Assembly: GCA_964541375.1 (NCBI GenBank)
Contig: CAZIPT010000001.1
Span: 14,507 to 78,506 of the forward strand
Source: an uncultured Eubacteriales bacterium
GTDB lineage: Bacteria > Actinomycetota > Coriobacteriia > Anaerosomatales > JAAXUF01
DNA length: 64,000 nt
Reading direction: 5' to 3'
Below are positions 52,626-61,701 of this stretch, in pieces (position 1 is the stretch's first letter; every line of letters starts with the position of its first letter). The notes under the pieces were generated by a model. It was given only the letters and a program-made list of their open reading frames with translations, was not told the DNA's origin and made no database searches. Made by a program: the position numbers and the translations under genes.

Positions 52626-53905
52626 GTCTCCTTGGTGGACCTCATGCCCGCATGGCGGACGGGATGCTCGGCAACCTCGCTCGCCTCCATATGCGACTTG
52701 TTCCCGCCCTGTGCTGAACTCCACCATCGGGCGTACGCGGCAACGAGGGGCGGCGCCGAGAACCCGTGAGCCAGCACGCTCAGAGTGACGCCGACGACCG
52801 CGACCGAAGCTATGAGGTTGCCGTTGGGGACGTTCGCGTCGAAGAGCAGCACGGTGAAGACGACGGTAGCTAGGCCGCGCGGGCCAAACCATCCCATGAA
52901 GGCGACGGTCTGCCACCGGGCACCGCTGCCGAGCATCGCGGCCGCAACCGTCACGGCGCGAATCACCACGAGGCTCAAGACCGCGTAGGCGACGACCGCC
53001 CACGTGAGCTGTTGGAGTGCAAGGGGGATCAGCATCGCGCCCACGAGTAGGAAGCTGATCGCGTCGAAGACCGCCCCGAGGTACCCGGTCAGGGCATTGT
53101 CCTCAACCGACCGGGCCTCTGAAGCAAGCCCGAACACAATGCCCCCGGCGAACGCGCCAATGAATCCGCTCCCGCCCAGAACGGCCGCGGCAACGAAACA
53201 GCCCAGGGCGACGGAGAGATTTGCGACTCGTCGCCAGTAGTCATGCATCAGGCCCTTGTCGGCGGCGAAGCGAAAGGCGAGCCCGCCGAGTCCCCCGACG
53301 AGCAACCCGCCGAGAACCCCGAAGCCTATCTGTCTCAGCAGCTCCGCGCCCAGTGCCCCGGCCTGCCAGCCGCCGGGATCGGCGGCCAAAGCCAGCGCAA
53401 CCAGGAACACCGGCACCGAGAGGCCGTCGTTCAGGCCGCTCTCGACGTTGAGCCCCTGCCGGATGCGCATAGGGAGCCGCTCATCCTCAACGACTGCGGC
53501 GCCCAAAGCGGCATCGGTTGGGGCGAGCATCGTCCCAACGAGCACCGCGCCCACAAGCCCTATGCTCGGGAACACCCACCAGGCGACCGCCGTACCGAGG
53601 ATGAGCATGAGGGGCAGCCCGATACCCAGGAGACGAAGTGGGACTGAGAATCCGCGCTTGAGCGCCCGAAGGTCGATTCGCACCGCGTCGTGAAAGAGCA
53701 TCAGCGACAGCGTGATCTCGGCGATGGTCTTGACCGTATGGCTCTCTACATCGACCCCGATCCAGCCGAGCCCGTCGGCACCGACAGCCAGTCCGATGAG
53801 CACCATGAGGACCGGCATGCTGAACCACCAGCGGTCGAGCCGCCGAGACAGCAGCGCGTACGCGAGGATCGCCACAGCGGCAATCAGGATCTTCGGGTCT
53901 TCCAT
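52622..53905 (-). CDS. Na+/H+ (cation:proton) antiporter, CPA1/NhaP-like
   Basis: Start was moved to ATG 53905. The blocks LSLMLFHDAVRIDL, GTMLAPTDAA and ESGLNDG are present. The protein has about 12 TM helices. Confidence 0.8.
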   Translation of the reverse strand: MEDPKILIAAVAILAYALLSRRLDRWWFSMPVLMVLIGLAVGADGLGWIGVDVESHTVKTIAEITLSLMLFHDAVRIDLRALKRGFSVPLRLLGIGLPLMLILGTAVAWWVFPSIGLVGAVLVGTMLAPTDAALGAAVVEDERLPMRIRQGLNVESGLNDGLSVPVFLVALALAADPGGWQAGALGAELLRQIGFGVLGGLLVGGLGGLAFRFAADKGLMHDYWRRVANLSVALGCFVAAAVLGGSGFIGAFAGGIVFGLASEARSVEDNALTGYLGAVFDAISFLLVGAMLIPLALQQLTWAVVAYAVLSLVVIRAVTVAAAMLGSGARWQTVAFMGWFGPRGLATVVFTVLLFDANVPNGNLIASVAVVGVTLSVLAHGFSAPPLVAAYARWWSSAQGGNKSHMEASEVAEHPVRHAGMRSTKET

Positions 53906-54094
53906 CGGCTCAGGCCTCGCATCCGCGTTAGTCGTCCTCGCCCATGCGGGCGTGCAGTCATTCTGAGGATGCCCCCGCGCCGACAGCGTCTCACGCGGGA
54001 CATCGCACCGGATCGAAATCGCCGAACGATCGGACCCGAGTTCGCCCAAACGGGGAAAGAGAGGTGGAGCGGATTCACGCTGAGAGGAGCGCTC

Positions 54095-57001
54095 ATGAGT
54101 GGGGAACTGACGGATGTCCTCGTCGCCGGCTATCAGAGCATCGAAACGGCGCAAGAGGAGTTCGACGGACTTGTCGAGCTGATCAATGGCAAGAAGGTCA
54201 AGGTCGACGGCGCGATCCTCGTTTCGCATGACGAGGATGGCAACGTGACCGTCGTCGACACGGGGAACCACCTGGGGCGCAAAGGCGCCGGATGGGGCGG
54301 GGGCGTCGGTGTTCTTGTCGGCCTGTTCGCGCCGCCGCTGCTCGCCTCGGTCGCCGTAGGCGCTGCGGGCGGAGCGATCGTCGGCAAGTTCGTCGACCAC
54401 AAGCTCAAAAGCGGGATCCACGACAAGATCGGCGAGAACCTGCCGCTCGGCTCGGCTGGCGTCATCGTGATGTTCGACGACGACCAGCGGTTCGCCGTCG
54501 AGAATGCGCTGCCCGGCTCGCCGGCCAAGTCGATCGCACAGTCCGAGAAGGGCGGCATGAAGCAGCTCCAGGCTTCGCTCGCCGAGGCGATGGGCAAGTT
54601 CGCACCGGACCGGACGGTACTGCCCATCGCCGACCGCAAGTTCGGCGGGTTCGCAGGGCACACACTCGATGAGTCGGCGGCAGACTGGTCCTTCATCCCC
54701 GGACCAGCGGTGCCGGATGGCGCGCCCAACGTTCTGGTCGTCCTCATCGACGACGCGGGCTTCGGCGGTCCCGAGACGTTCGGCGGCGAGATCAAGACGC
54801 CGGCCCTGTCGCGCGTTCAGGATATGGGTGTCACCTACAACCGGTTCCATGTGACGGCCGTGTGCTCGCCCACAAGAGCAGCGCTACTGACGGGGCGCAA
54901 TCACCACCGCGTCGGAATGGGCGGCATCGCCGAGCTTCCCGGACCGTTCCCCGGGTACACGGGCACTCGTCCACGAAGCTGCACCGCCCTGCCTCGCATC
55001 TTGAGGGAGAACGGCTACATCACCGGCGGCTTCGGCAAGTGGCACATGACGCCCGGCCGCGAGATGGGTGCCGCCGGACCGTTCGACCACTGGCCCACGG
55101 GCTGGGGCTTCGACCACTGGTGGGGTTTCCTGACCGGCGCCGCCGGTCAGTACGACCCGATCATCACCCAGGACAACTCGACGCTCGGCGTGCCCGAAGG
55201 TGAAGACGGGAAGCTCTACTACTTCCCCGACGACATCACCGACAAGGCGGTCGAGTGGCTGCACGCAGTGCGCGCGCAGGACTCGGCCAAGCCGTGGTTC
55301 ATGTACTACTCAACGGGGTGTTCTCACGCCCCGCACCACGTCGGCAAGGAGTGGTCCGACAAGTACAAGGGCCAGTTCGACGACGGTTGGGACAAGTACC
55401 GTGAGCGCACCATCGCGCGGCAGAAGGAACTCGGCATCATCCCTCCGGAGACCGAGCTGACCGAGCGCCCCGACCTTTTCCCGGCTTGGGATTCTCTCAG
55501 CGATGCCCAGAAGAAGCTCTACGCGCGCCAGATGGAAGTGTTCGCCGGCTACTCGGAGAACGCCGACTGGAACGTTGGACGCCTTCTCGACTCGATCGAG
55601 GAGATGGGCGACCTCGACAACACGCTGGTGATCTACATCTGGGGAGACAACGGCGCCAGCATGGAGGGCACGCTTACCGGCTCGTTCAACGAGACGACGT
55701 TCTTCAACGGCGTCGTCCTCGAGGCAGACGAGCAGCTGGAGATCATCGAGAAGTTCGGGGGCATCGAGGACCTGGGCGGCTTCCACACCGCACCGCACTT
55801 CGCGGCGGCGTGGGCCTGGGCCAACAACACCCCGTTCCAGTGGGGCAAGCAGATGGCCAGCCACCTGGGCGGCACCCGGGATCCGATGGTCGTCGCGTGG
55901 CCGAGCCGCATCAAGCCCGATCGCGACATGCGCGATCAGTTCACTCACTGCATCGACGTCGTCCCCACGATCCTGGAGCTGGTCGGCATTCCCGAGCCGA
56001 CCGTTGTCGACGGTATCGCTCAGGAGCCGATGGACGGCACCAGCTTCGCGTACACGATCGAAGACCCAAGGGCCGCCGAGCAGCACACGGTGCAGTACTT
56101 CGAGATGTACGGTAGCCGCGCCATCTACAAGGACGGCTGGTGGGCGTGCGCCAAGCTCGACAAGCTTCCATGGGACTTCAGCTACGAGGCGCTCAGCCGG
56201 TTCGGCCCCGGCGGGACTTGGACCCCGGAGCAGGACAAGTGGGAGCTGTACTACCTGCCCGATGACTTCAGTCAGGCTCGTGACCTCGCCGCCGAGAACC
56301 CTGACAAGCTCTCGGAGCTTCAGGAGCTGTTCTGGCAGGAGGCCGAGCGCAACCGCGTGCTGCCGCTGCTCGCCGGATTCGCCGTGTTCTTTGGCATGCT
56401 GCCGCCGATGCCGACCAAGACCCGCTTCGAGCTGGCCGGCGACGTGCAGAATATCCAGACCACGATGATCCCACGCATCTACGGACGTTCGTACGCGATC
56501 GAGGCCGAGGTGAACGTGCCCGCAAGCGGGGCCGAGGGCGTGCTCGTGGCATTCGCCGACTTCATCGGCGGGTTCTCCCTGTGGGTCGACGAGAAGGGCC
56601 TGCTGAACCACACCTACCAGTTCCTCGGCGTGGACACCTACAAGCAGACGTCGACCGAGCCAATCCCGACCGGTGGCGTGACACTCAAGATGCTCTTCGA
56701 GGCCGATGAACCCAAGCCCGGCACTGGTGGCAAGGTGACCCTGTGGGCGAACGACAAGCAGATCGGCGAAGGCACGATGCCGCGTTCGGTGTCGCTGCTC
56801 TACACCACCTATGCGGGCATGGATGTCGGCCGAGACAACGGCGGCGTGGTTGATCTGGCGTACGAGGACAAGGCGCCCTACGCGTTCACAGGCACGGTGA
56901 AGAAGGTCACGTTCGACCTGAAGCCGTCGTCGCACGAGGAGGAGAAGGCGCTCCACGAGCATGCGGCGATGCAGGGAGTCGGCGGAGGCGCTGCCGGCTA
57001 G
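54095..57001 (+). CDS. arylsulfatase (Cys-type, formylglycine-dependent) with N-terminal DUF1269-like glycine-zipper module
   Basis: Start was moved to ATG 54095 (GAGAGGAG upstream). Residues of about 1-190 parallel the two stand-alone DUF1269-like proteins (DGAILVSHDEDGNVTVVD, GAGWGGGVGVLVGLFAPPLLASVAVGAAGGAIVG, GSAGVIVMFDD). The sulfatase core follows: NVLVVLIDDAGFG, the CSPTRAALLTGRNHH (CxPxR) motif, GKWH and WGDNG. Total length is 968 aa. Confidence 0.85.
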   Translation: MSGELTDVLVAGYQSIETAQEEFDGLVELINGKKVKVDGAILVSHDEDGNVTVVDTGNHLGRKGAGWGGGVGVLVGLFAPPLLASVAVGAAGGAIVGKFVDHKLKSGIHDKIGENLPLGSAGVIVMFDDDQRFAVENALPGSPAKSIAQSEKGGMKQLQASLAEAMGKFAPDRTVLPIADRKFGGFAGHTLDESAADWSFIPGPAVPDGAPNVLVVLIDDAGFGGPETFGGEIKTPALSRVQDMGVTYNRFHVTAVCSPTRAALLTGRNHHRVGMGGIAELPGPFPGYTGTRPRSCTALPRILRENGYITGGFGKWHMTPGREMGAAGPFDHWPTGWGFDHWWGFLTGAAGQYDPIITQDNSTLGVPEGEDGKLYYFPDDITDKAVEWLHAVRAQDSAKPWFMYYSTGCSHAPHHVGKEWSDKYKGQFDDGWDKYRERTIARQKELGIIPPETELTERPDLFPAWDSLSDAQKKLYARQMEVFAGYSENADWNVGRLLDSIEEMGDLDNTLVIYIWGDNGASMEGTLTGSFNETTFFNGVVLEADEQLEIIEKFGGIEDLGGFHTAPHFAAAWAWANNTPFQWGKQMASHLGGTRDPMVVAWPSRIKPDRDMRDQFTHCIDVVPTILELVGIPEPTVVDGIAQEPMDGTSFAYTIEDPRAAEQHTVQYFEMYGSRAIYKDGWWACAKLDKLPWDFSYEALSRFGPGGTWTPEQDKWELYYLPDDFSQARDLAAENPDKLSELQELFWQEAERNRVLPLLAGFAVFFGMLPPMPTKTRFELAGDVQNIQTTMIPRIYGRSYAIEAEVNVPASGAEGVLVAFADFIGGFSLWVDEKGLLNHTYQFLGVDTYKQTSTEPIPTGGVTLKMLFEADEPKPGTGGKVTLWANDKQIGEGTMPRSVSLLYTTYAGMDVGRDNGGVVDLAYEDKAPYAFTGTVKKVTFDLKPSSHEEEKALHEHAAMQGVGGGAAG

Positions 57002-57030
57002 GCGCGATGGCCCGCACATGCTCGGCACTA

Positions 57031-57063
57031 GAGAAGCCCTCGGTCACCTGCCGAGGGCTTCTC
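57031..57063 (+). terminator. stem-loop terminator after the sulfatase gene
   Basis: GAGAAGCCCUCGG-UCACCUG-CCGAGGGCUUCUC is a perfect 13-bp stem, 30 nt after the stop. There is no clear U-tract. Confidence 0.6.
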
Positions 57064-57122
57064 GGATGAATGCTCCGCAAGGGGGTACGATTGCGTCAGG
57101 CGCCAACTTCCGGGGGGAACAC

Positions 57123-57566
57123 ATGAAACCATTGCGCGGATCAGCTGGGTTGCTCGTCGCCGCTCTGCTTGCGACGGCATTGACGCTCTGCGGCTGCTCG
57201 GCGCCGCCATCCTCTTCGCCCGAGTCGCTCAAGGCTTCTGAACTCAACGCCGCCCTATTGAAGGCGAGTACGTCGGTCGGGGATGCCTCGACCTACATCA
57301 TCGGACTCAAACAGCCGCTCTCCGGTGCTCCCTCAAACGACGATCTCCAGCGGCTGCAGACCACTCTCAGTGCGGCGAGTTCGCAGACGGGGGCCGCTCA
57401 ACAGGCAAGCGCTCAAAGCGCACTCGAGCAGTTCAACGCGGGGATAGCCAAGGTGACGCAGGTCTACGATGCCGCGCCCGCGGGAAGCCCGGAGCAGCAG
57501 CAGCTGAAACAACTCATCGCCACACTCACGGTCGGACGCGACGCCCTGGCCAAGGCTCTGAAGTAG
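57123..57566 (+). CDS. lipoprotein of unknown function
   Basis: Start was moved to ATG 57123. The lipobox signal is MKPLRGSAGLLVAALLATALTLCGC. The mature part is Ala/Gln/Ser-rich and helical-looking. Confidence 0.6.
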   Translation: MKPLRGSAGLLVAALLATALTLCGCSAPPSSSPESLKASELNAALLKASTSVGDASTYIIGLKQPLSGAPSNDDLQRLQTTLSAASSQTGAAQQASAQSALEQFNAGIAKVTQVYDAAPAGSPEQQQLKQLIATLTVGRDALAKALK

Positions 57567-57572
57567 CACTCG

Positions 57573-59771
57573 ATGCCACAGATGACGGAGGCGGACCACG
57601 TGACCACAAGCATCGAGGATCTGCGACTCTACGCCCGCTACGACGAGGGCACAGGTCCGGTGGTCGTGATGCTTCACGGCATCAACATGGACGGCACGGT
57701 CTTTCGTAAGGTCGTCGACACGATGGGGCCCGGCTACCGGTACATCGTCTTCGACCTGCTTGGCTTCGGACTGAGCCCCCATCCGACCGACGTCGACTAC
57801 AGTGCCGAGATGCTCGCGGTGGTGATGGACAACACTCTGAACGACCTCGGCGTCGACGAACCCTTCCTGCTGGTCGGCTACTCCCTCGGCGGGGACCTGG
57901 CCATCAAGTACGCGGCGATGTATCCGCAGCGGCTGCGCCGGCTCTTCCTGCTCTCGGCACCGTTCTATCTGCCGCCAGAGGCGTTCTCGTCGAAGGACGT
58001 GGGCATCGAACTGGTTCAGGCGACGGTCTACCGGTGGGCCTGGAAGCGGCTGGCCAAGTCAAAGGACCAAGGCCTGCTGGTATACAAACTCGCCTCCGGG
58101 GGTCTGGAGAAGACACTCAAGAGCGTCTTCGCCACCGAGGACCTGCCCACGCACTGGGACATCATGAGCAAGTACCTCGCGAACACAATCAACAAGGCCA
58201 CCTTCATCGACGACCTTCCAAAGCTTTCGATGCCCACCGTCTTCGCGCTGGGCATCCGCGACCCGATCGTGCGCCCCGACCAGACCCCGGCCCTCAAGAG
58301 GCTGAAGCCCGACATGGAGATCCGTCGCATCGTCGGCCTCACCGCCGACCACATGCTGCTGTGGAACATCCCCGAACGCGTGGCCGCCGAGATCCTGCGC
58401 GACGAGATCCGCGAGCTCAACGTCGCTTGGCGCGGTGGCAGCGGCGCGCCGCTCGTGCTGCTTCACGGCATCGACAGCACGTCGGCGCAGTGGCGCCCCG
58501 CCGCCGAGGCGCTCGCGAGCTCCAACGACGTCGCGGTTATCGACCTGCTCGGCTTCGGCGGCTCGCCGGTGCCGCTGTCATCGCACTACACGCTTGCCGA
58601 CCAGGTCGCCGGGGTGCTCGGCACCGTCGAGATGCTTTGGGGGCCGACGCAACCGGTCAGGTTCGCTGGTTACGGCCTGGGAGCGCTCGTGGCGCTGGGG
58701 TGTGCGGCGACCGCGCCGACGCGCAGCGCCGGTGTGATCGCATTCTCCCCCGCGCTCCTTGAGCCGAGCCACACATTCGAGGAGCTCGGCGAGAAGAGCG
58801 AAGCGGCCGCGCGCATCGTCGCGACCCGCGAGAAGATCCAGCGATACGCGACCGACGAGCGCGCTAGCTCGATGTCCGCCGAGAAGGTCGAAGCGCGCAT
58901 CGTCCCGCCGATCCGTTCGCTGGACTACGCGATTCTCGGCACCGATGCCGATGCTCTGCTCGCAGACGTTCCGGCGCCGGTCCACTTCGTGGTCCCGACC
59001 GGGGACGCGCTCACGCCAGTCGACTACCTGCAGCGTGTCGCCGGCGGGCGAGAGGGCTTCGACGTCGCCACGCCTGGGGGCAGTCGGGAGCTGCCGCTTG
59101 GCGAGCCCGCCGCAGCCGTGCGCGAGATCGAGCCAGACGACGCGGACGCCGCGGCCCTCGCCCAGCGAATCGGACCCGTGCGTGTCCGCGCGAAGACCGC
59201 GTTTGTAGACGTTGTCGGCGGCGTGGAGAACACGATGCTGCGAAACGGCGTCCTTGCGCTTGCGCTTCTGGTGGCGATCCAGTTGGTGCACCCGCTGCCC
59301 GATCGGCTCCTCGCGCTCATGTTCGCGGGTTGGGTCGCCTTCTCGGCGATCAGCACGATCATCGGTGCGGTAGGCCTGAAGCACTCGGGGAAGAACGCGT
59401 GGATCGCCTACGTCCTGATCGGGCTGGTGGGCGTCGGCTTCGCGGTGTTCGTGGGAATCCAGCCGGACAAAGCGATGAAGGTGCTGTCACTTGTCATCGC
59501 GTTCTACGCGCTCTACCACGGCCTCTCCGACATCTACGTCGCATGGAAGATCGGCCGCACCGCCAAGCCCCGCTGGCTGCTCTTTCTGAGCGGCGCTGTG
59601 GGAATCGCCGCAGCGCTCGCGATCTTCTTCGCGCCCGGGGGCGGCCGCAACATCGTGAGGATCGCGCTGCAGGTCTACCTGCTCGCGACGGGCGTCTCGC
59701 TGCTGGCATACGCGCTGTCTGTGAAGGCGGCTGCACGACGCAGGGTGCGAAGCCTCATGAAGACCGCCTAG
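57573..59771 (+). CDS. tandem alpha/beta-hydrolase-fold protein with C-terminal DUF308/HdeD-like membrane domain
   Basis: Domain 1 carries VVMLHGINMDG and the nucleophile elbow GYSLGG. Domain 2 carries LVLLHGIDSTS, but its elbow reads GYGLGA, with no Ser. The C-terminus has about six TM helices with HdeD-like periodicity (ISTIIGAVGL...IAFYALYHGLSDIYVAW...). Confidence 0.7.
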   Translation: MPQMTEADHVTTSIEDLRLYARYDEGTGPVVVMLHGINMDGTVFRKVVDTMGPGYRYIVFDLLGFGLSPHPTDVDYSAEMLAVVMDNTLNDLGVDEPFLLVGYSLGGDLAIKYAAMYPQRLRRLFLLSAPFYLPPEAFSSKDVGIELVQATVYRWAWKRLAKSKDQGLLVYKLASGGLEKTLKSVFATEDLPTHWDIMSKYLANTINKATFIDDLPKLSMPTVFALGIRDPIVRPDQTPALKRLKPDMEIRRIVGLTADHMLLWNIPERVAAEILRDEIRELNVAWRGGSGAPLVLLHGIDSTSAQWRPAAEALASSNDVAVIDLLGFGGSPVPLSSHYTLADQVAGVLGTVEMLWGPTQPVRFAGYGLGALVALGCAATAPTRSAGVIAFSPALLEPSHTFEELGEKSEAAARIVATREKIQRYATDERASSMSAEKVEARIVPPIRSLDYAILGTDADALLADVPAPVHFVVPTGDALTPVDYLQRVAGGREGFDVATPGGSRELPLGEPAAAVREIEPDDADAAALAQRIGPVRVRAKTAFVDVVGGVENTMLRNGVLALALLVAIQLVHPLPDRLLALMFAGWVAFSAISTIIGAVGLKHSGKNAWIAYVLIGLVGVGFAVFVGIQPDKAMKVLSLVIAFYALYHGLSDIYVAWKIGRTAKPRWLLFLSGAVGIAAALAIFFAPGGGRNIVRIALQVYLLATGVSLLAYALSVKAAARRRVRSLMKTA

Positions 59772-60601
59772 CCGCGCAGCTCGTCCTGCTCCGCAAGCAG
59801 GAAGTCTCGCACCAGGTCTCCCACGTGGGCATCGAACAGAATCGAAAGGTGGCCGAGATAAGGCACTTCTTGGTTGACGACCTTCTCCCCATCGAGCATC
59901 GACGTCTGGACGGGGTAGACGACATTGTCGTGTGCCGAGTAGACCGAGAGCACCGGCACGTCGCCGGTCTCGAGCTTCCGGCTCGCCCAGTACTTCGAAT
60001 CCGACCTCAGCTGCCGGCCGGACTGGCCGATGATCGGCCCGCGCCAGAGCACGCCGTGCGCAGGCAGTGCGACAAGAGCCGCGCGCCTGATGAGCTCAGG
60101 GTGATCGGCGATGATATCGAGGGCCAACAGCCCTCCCGACGAATGGGTCAAGAGGTCGACCTGCGTCGCCCCGGTCCGAGCGAGAACTCGCTCGACGAAG
60201 GCCAGGACATTGTCGGCGGACCGGTCGAGCGACTGCGGCCAGAAGAAGTTGCAGGCATAGAGGGGGCCAGAGCCGCTCGTGAGCAGCCGTGACGCGAGGT
60301 AGAGGAAGTCGACACGGTTCTGGAAGTAGCCGTGGAGCATGACGACCGGCACCTCGCCGCCGCCGGTCAACATCCGCTTGCCGAAGAGCTGAAACCACGG
60401 CATGAGCGGCTGTGACCACGCAACGTTCCATGTCTCGAGCAGCGCGGAGCGAAGGAGTCGCGCAGGCGGCCCGGCCGGAAGCTGCCGCCACGCGACCGCA
60501 TAGCTGACCAGGACGTAGAGGGCGCCCGCAAGCCACACGACCACGATCCAGCAGGCGGCAACGATGAGGACGACCCTGGCGATCGCAAGCGGCTCGATCA
60601 T
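59768..60601 (-). CDS. membrane-anchored alpha/beta hydrolase (lipase/esterase-like)
   Basis: Start was provisionally moved to ATG 60601 (the track start at 60697 is a GTG inside a hairpin). There is an N-terminal TM helix. The blocks VVMLHGYFQN and the nucleophile elbow THSSGG are present. Its stop overlaps the convergent gene's stop. Confidence 0.65.
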   Translation of the reverse strand: MIEPLAIARVVLIVAACWIVVVWLAGALYVLVSYAVAWRQLPAGPPARLLRSALLETWNVAWSQPLMPWFQLFGKRMLTGGGEVPVVMLHGYFQNRVDFLYLASRLLTSGSGPLYACNFFWPQSLDRSADNVLAFVERVLARTGATQVDLLTHSSGGLLALDIIADHPELIRRAALVALPAHGVLWRGPIIGQSGRQLRSDSKYWASRKLETGDVPVLSVYSAHDNVVYPVQTSMLDGEKVVNQEVPYLGHLSILFDAHVGDLVRDFLLAEQDELRG

Positions 60602-60864
60602 CGTTGGTGGCCTTGGCTCCGCCTTCGCCGGCTTTGAGTCGGGCACGAGTTCTTGAGCAGGCGCACCTTGCTGGCTCCCCCAATCGCGCGCACCCACGGG
60701 TGCGCACAGCGCGCGCTGCAGGATACGGACGCCCGCGAGTGCCTGCTACGCCCATGAAGCGAGTATGCGAGTCGTGCCTGAATGAGACAAGCGCGGAGGA
60801 GGGGGACCGTCGGTCGCGCGGCAACTCACGCGCCGAGCGCGCGCCTCCCAGCCAGCTGAGCTGA

Positions 60865-61041
60865 CTACTTGGACCTGTCAACACCCCACTGTATCAGCCA
60901 CATCACGAGGCCCAGGATTGCGATGACGAGTCCACTCAGCACAAGGATGAAACCGAACTGCTTGTCGCTGATCGTCCATACGACACCGCCGACAATTGCG
61001 ACGAGCGTGCCCACGCCAGCAGTCACCCAATATGCCTTCAC
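60865..61041 (-). CDS. small two-TM membrane protein (58 aa), below the ORF-track size cut-off
   Basis: GTG 61041 is preceded by AGAGGG with a 5-nt spacer. The product is (M)KAYWVTAGVGTLVAIVGGVVWTISDKQFGFILVLSGLVIAILGLVMWLIQWGVDRSK. It displaces an implausible 108-aa track ORF in another frame. Confidence 0.45.
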   Translation of the reverse strand: MKAYWVTAGVGTLVAIVGGVVWTISDKQFGFILVLSGLVIAILGLVMWLIQWGVDRSK

Positions 61042-61206
61042 TGTGCCCTCTTTTCCCCAAACGCTCGGTCTGAGGGGCTCGGCGCCCGCTTCGTATGACG
61101 GCGACTATATCGCGTGGTTGAACGCTCCCCCGTGCCACCTTGTTCTGCGCATCTGGCCCAAAACCCTGCATCGGAGCAATCGGTTCGCTTGGGTAGAATC
61201 GCAAGC

Positions 61207-61701
61207 ATGGACATCTCCGAGATCACCCCTCGTGTCTTCGTCTCCTCTTGGCCCAAGCCCGGCGAGTCACCGCACGTCGCCGGCCTCGGCATTCGGCTCG
61301 TCATCAGCATGACTCGAGCCGAGCCGCTGTCTGAGTTCTGCGACGAGCCTCTCGACTGGGTCCACGTCCCCTCGATCGACTCGCCGCTCACGCCGATTCC
61401 GCTCAAACGACTGCGAACCGGCGTCGAGGCTGCGATTCCCGTGCTGGCAACCGGCGGTGGTGTCCTCTGTCACTGCCGAGAAGGTCGCCACCGCAGCGTC
61501 GCGATGGCGTGCTGCATCCTGATCGCGCAGGGCTGCTCCGCCCAGAAGGCCATGGACCTGGTGATCTCCCGCCGAAAAGTGGCGGATCCAAAAGCGTTCT
61601 GGATCGCGCCGCGCATTCGCAAGTTCGAGCGCCTCTGGAATGGTGGCTGGAGCGCGGAGATACCCGTCCCTGAAAGCGCACGAGAGGCGGAATGCACATG
61701 A
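61207..61701 (+). CDS. dual-specificity / Cys-based protein (or lipid) phosphatase
   Basis: The HCX5R(S) P-loop reads VLCHCREGRHRSVAMACCIL. Start was set at ATG 61207, at the domain boundary. A TAGAAT -10-like hexamer lies at 61194-61199, only 7 nt upstream, which suggests a leaderless or near-leaderless transcript. Confidence 0.7.
   Translation: MDISEITPRVFVSSWPKPGESPHVAGLGIRLVISMTRAEPLSEFCDEPLDWVHVPSIDSPLTPIPLKRLRTGVEAAIPVLATGGGVLCHCREGRHRSVAMACCILIAQGCSAQKAMDLVISRRKVADPKAFWIAPRIRKFERLWNGGWSAEIPVPESAREAECT

Noticed and set aside
60688-60705. The GCGCACCC-AC-GGGTGCGC hairpin, and the GTG at 60697 that the track uses as the start of the lipase-like gene.
   Set aside because: The GTG lies inside the hairpin and has no SD. 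The encoded 32-aa extension is low-complexity. ATG 60601 starts directly at the TM helix. The role of the hairpin (5' UTR structure or terminator of the small upstream gene) is unresolved.
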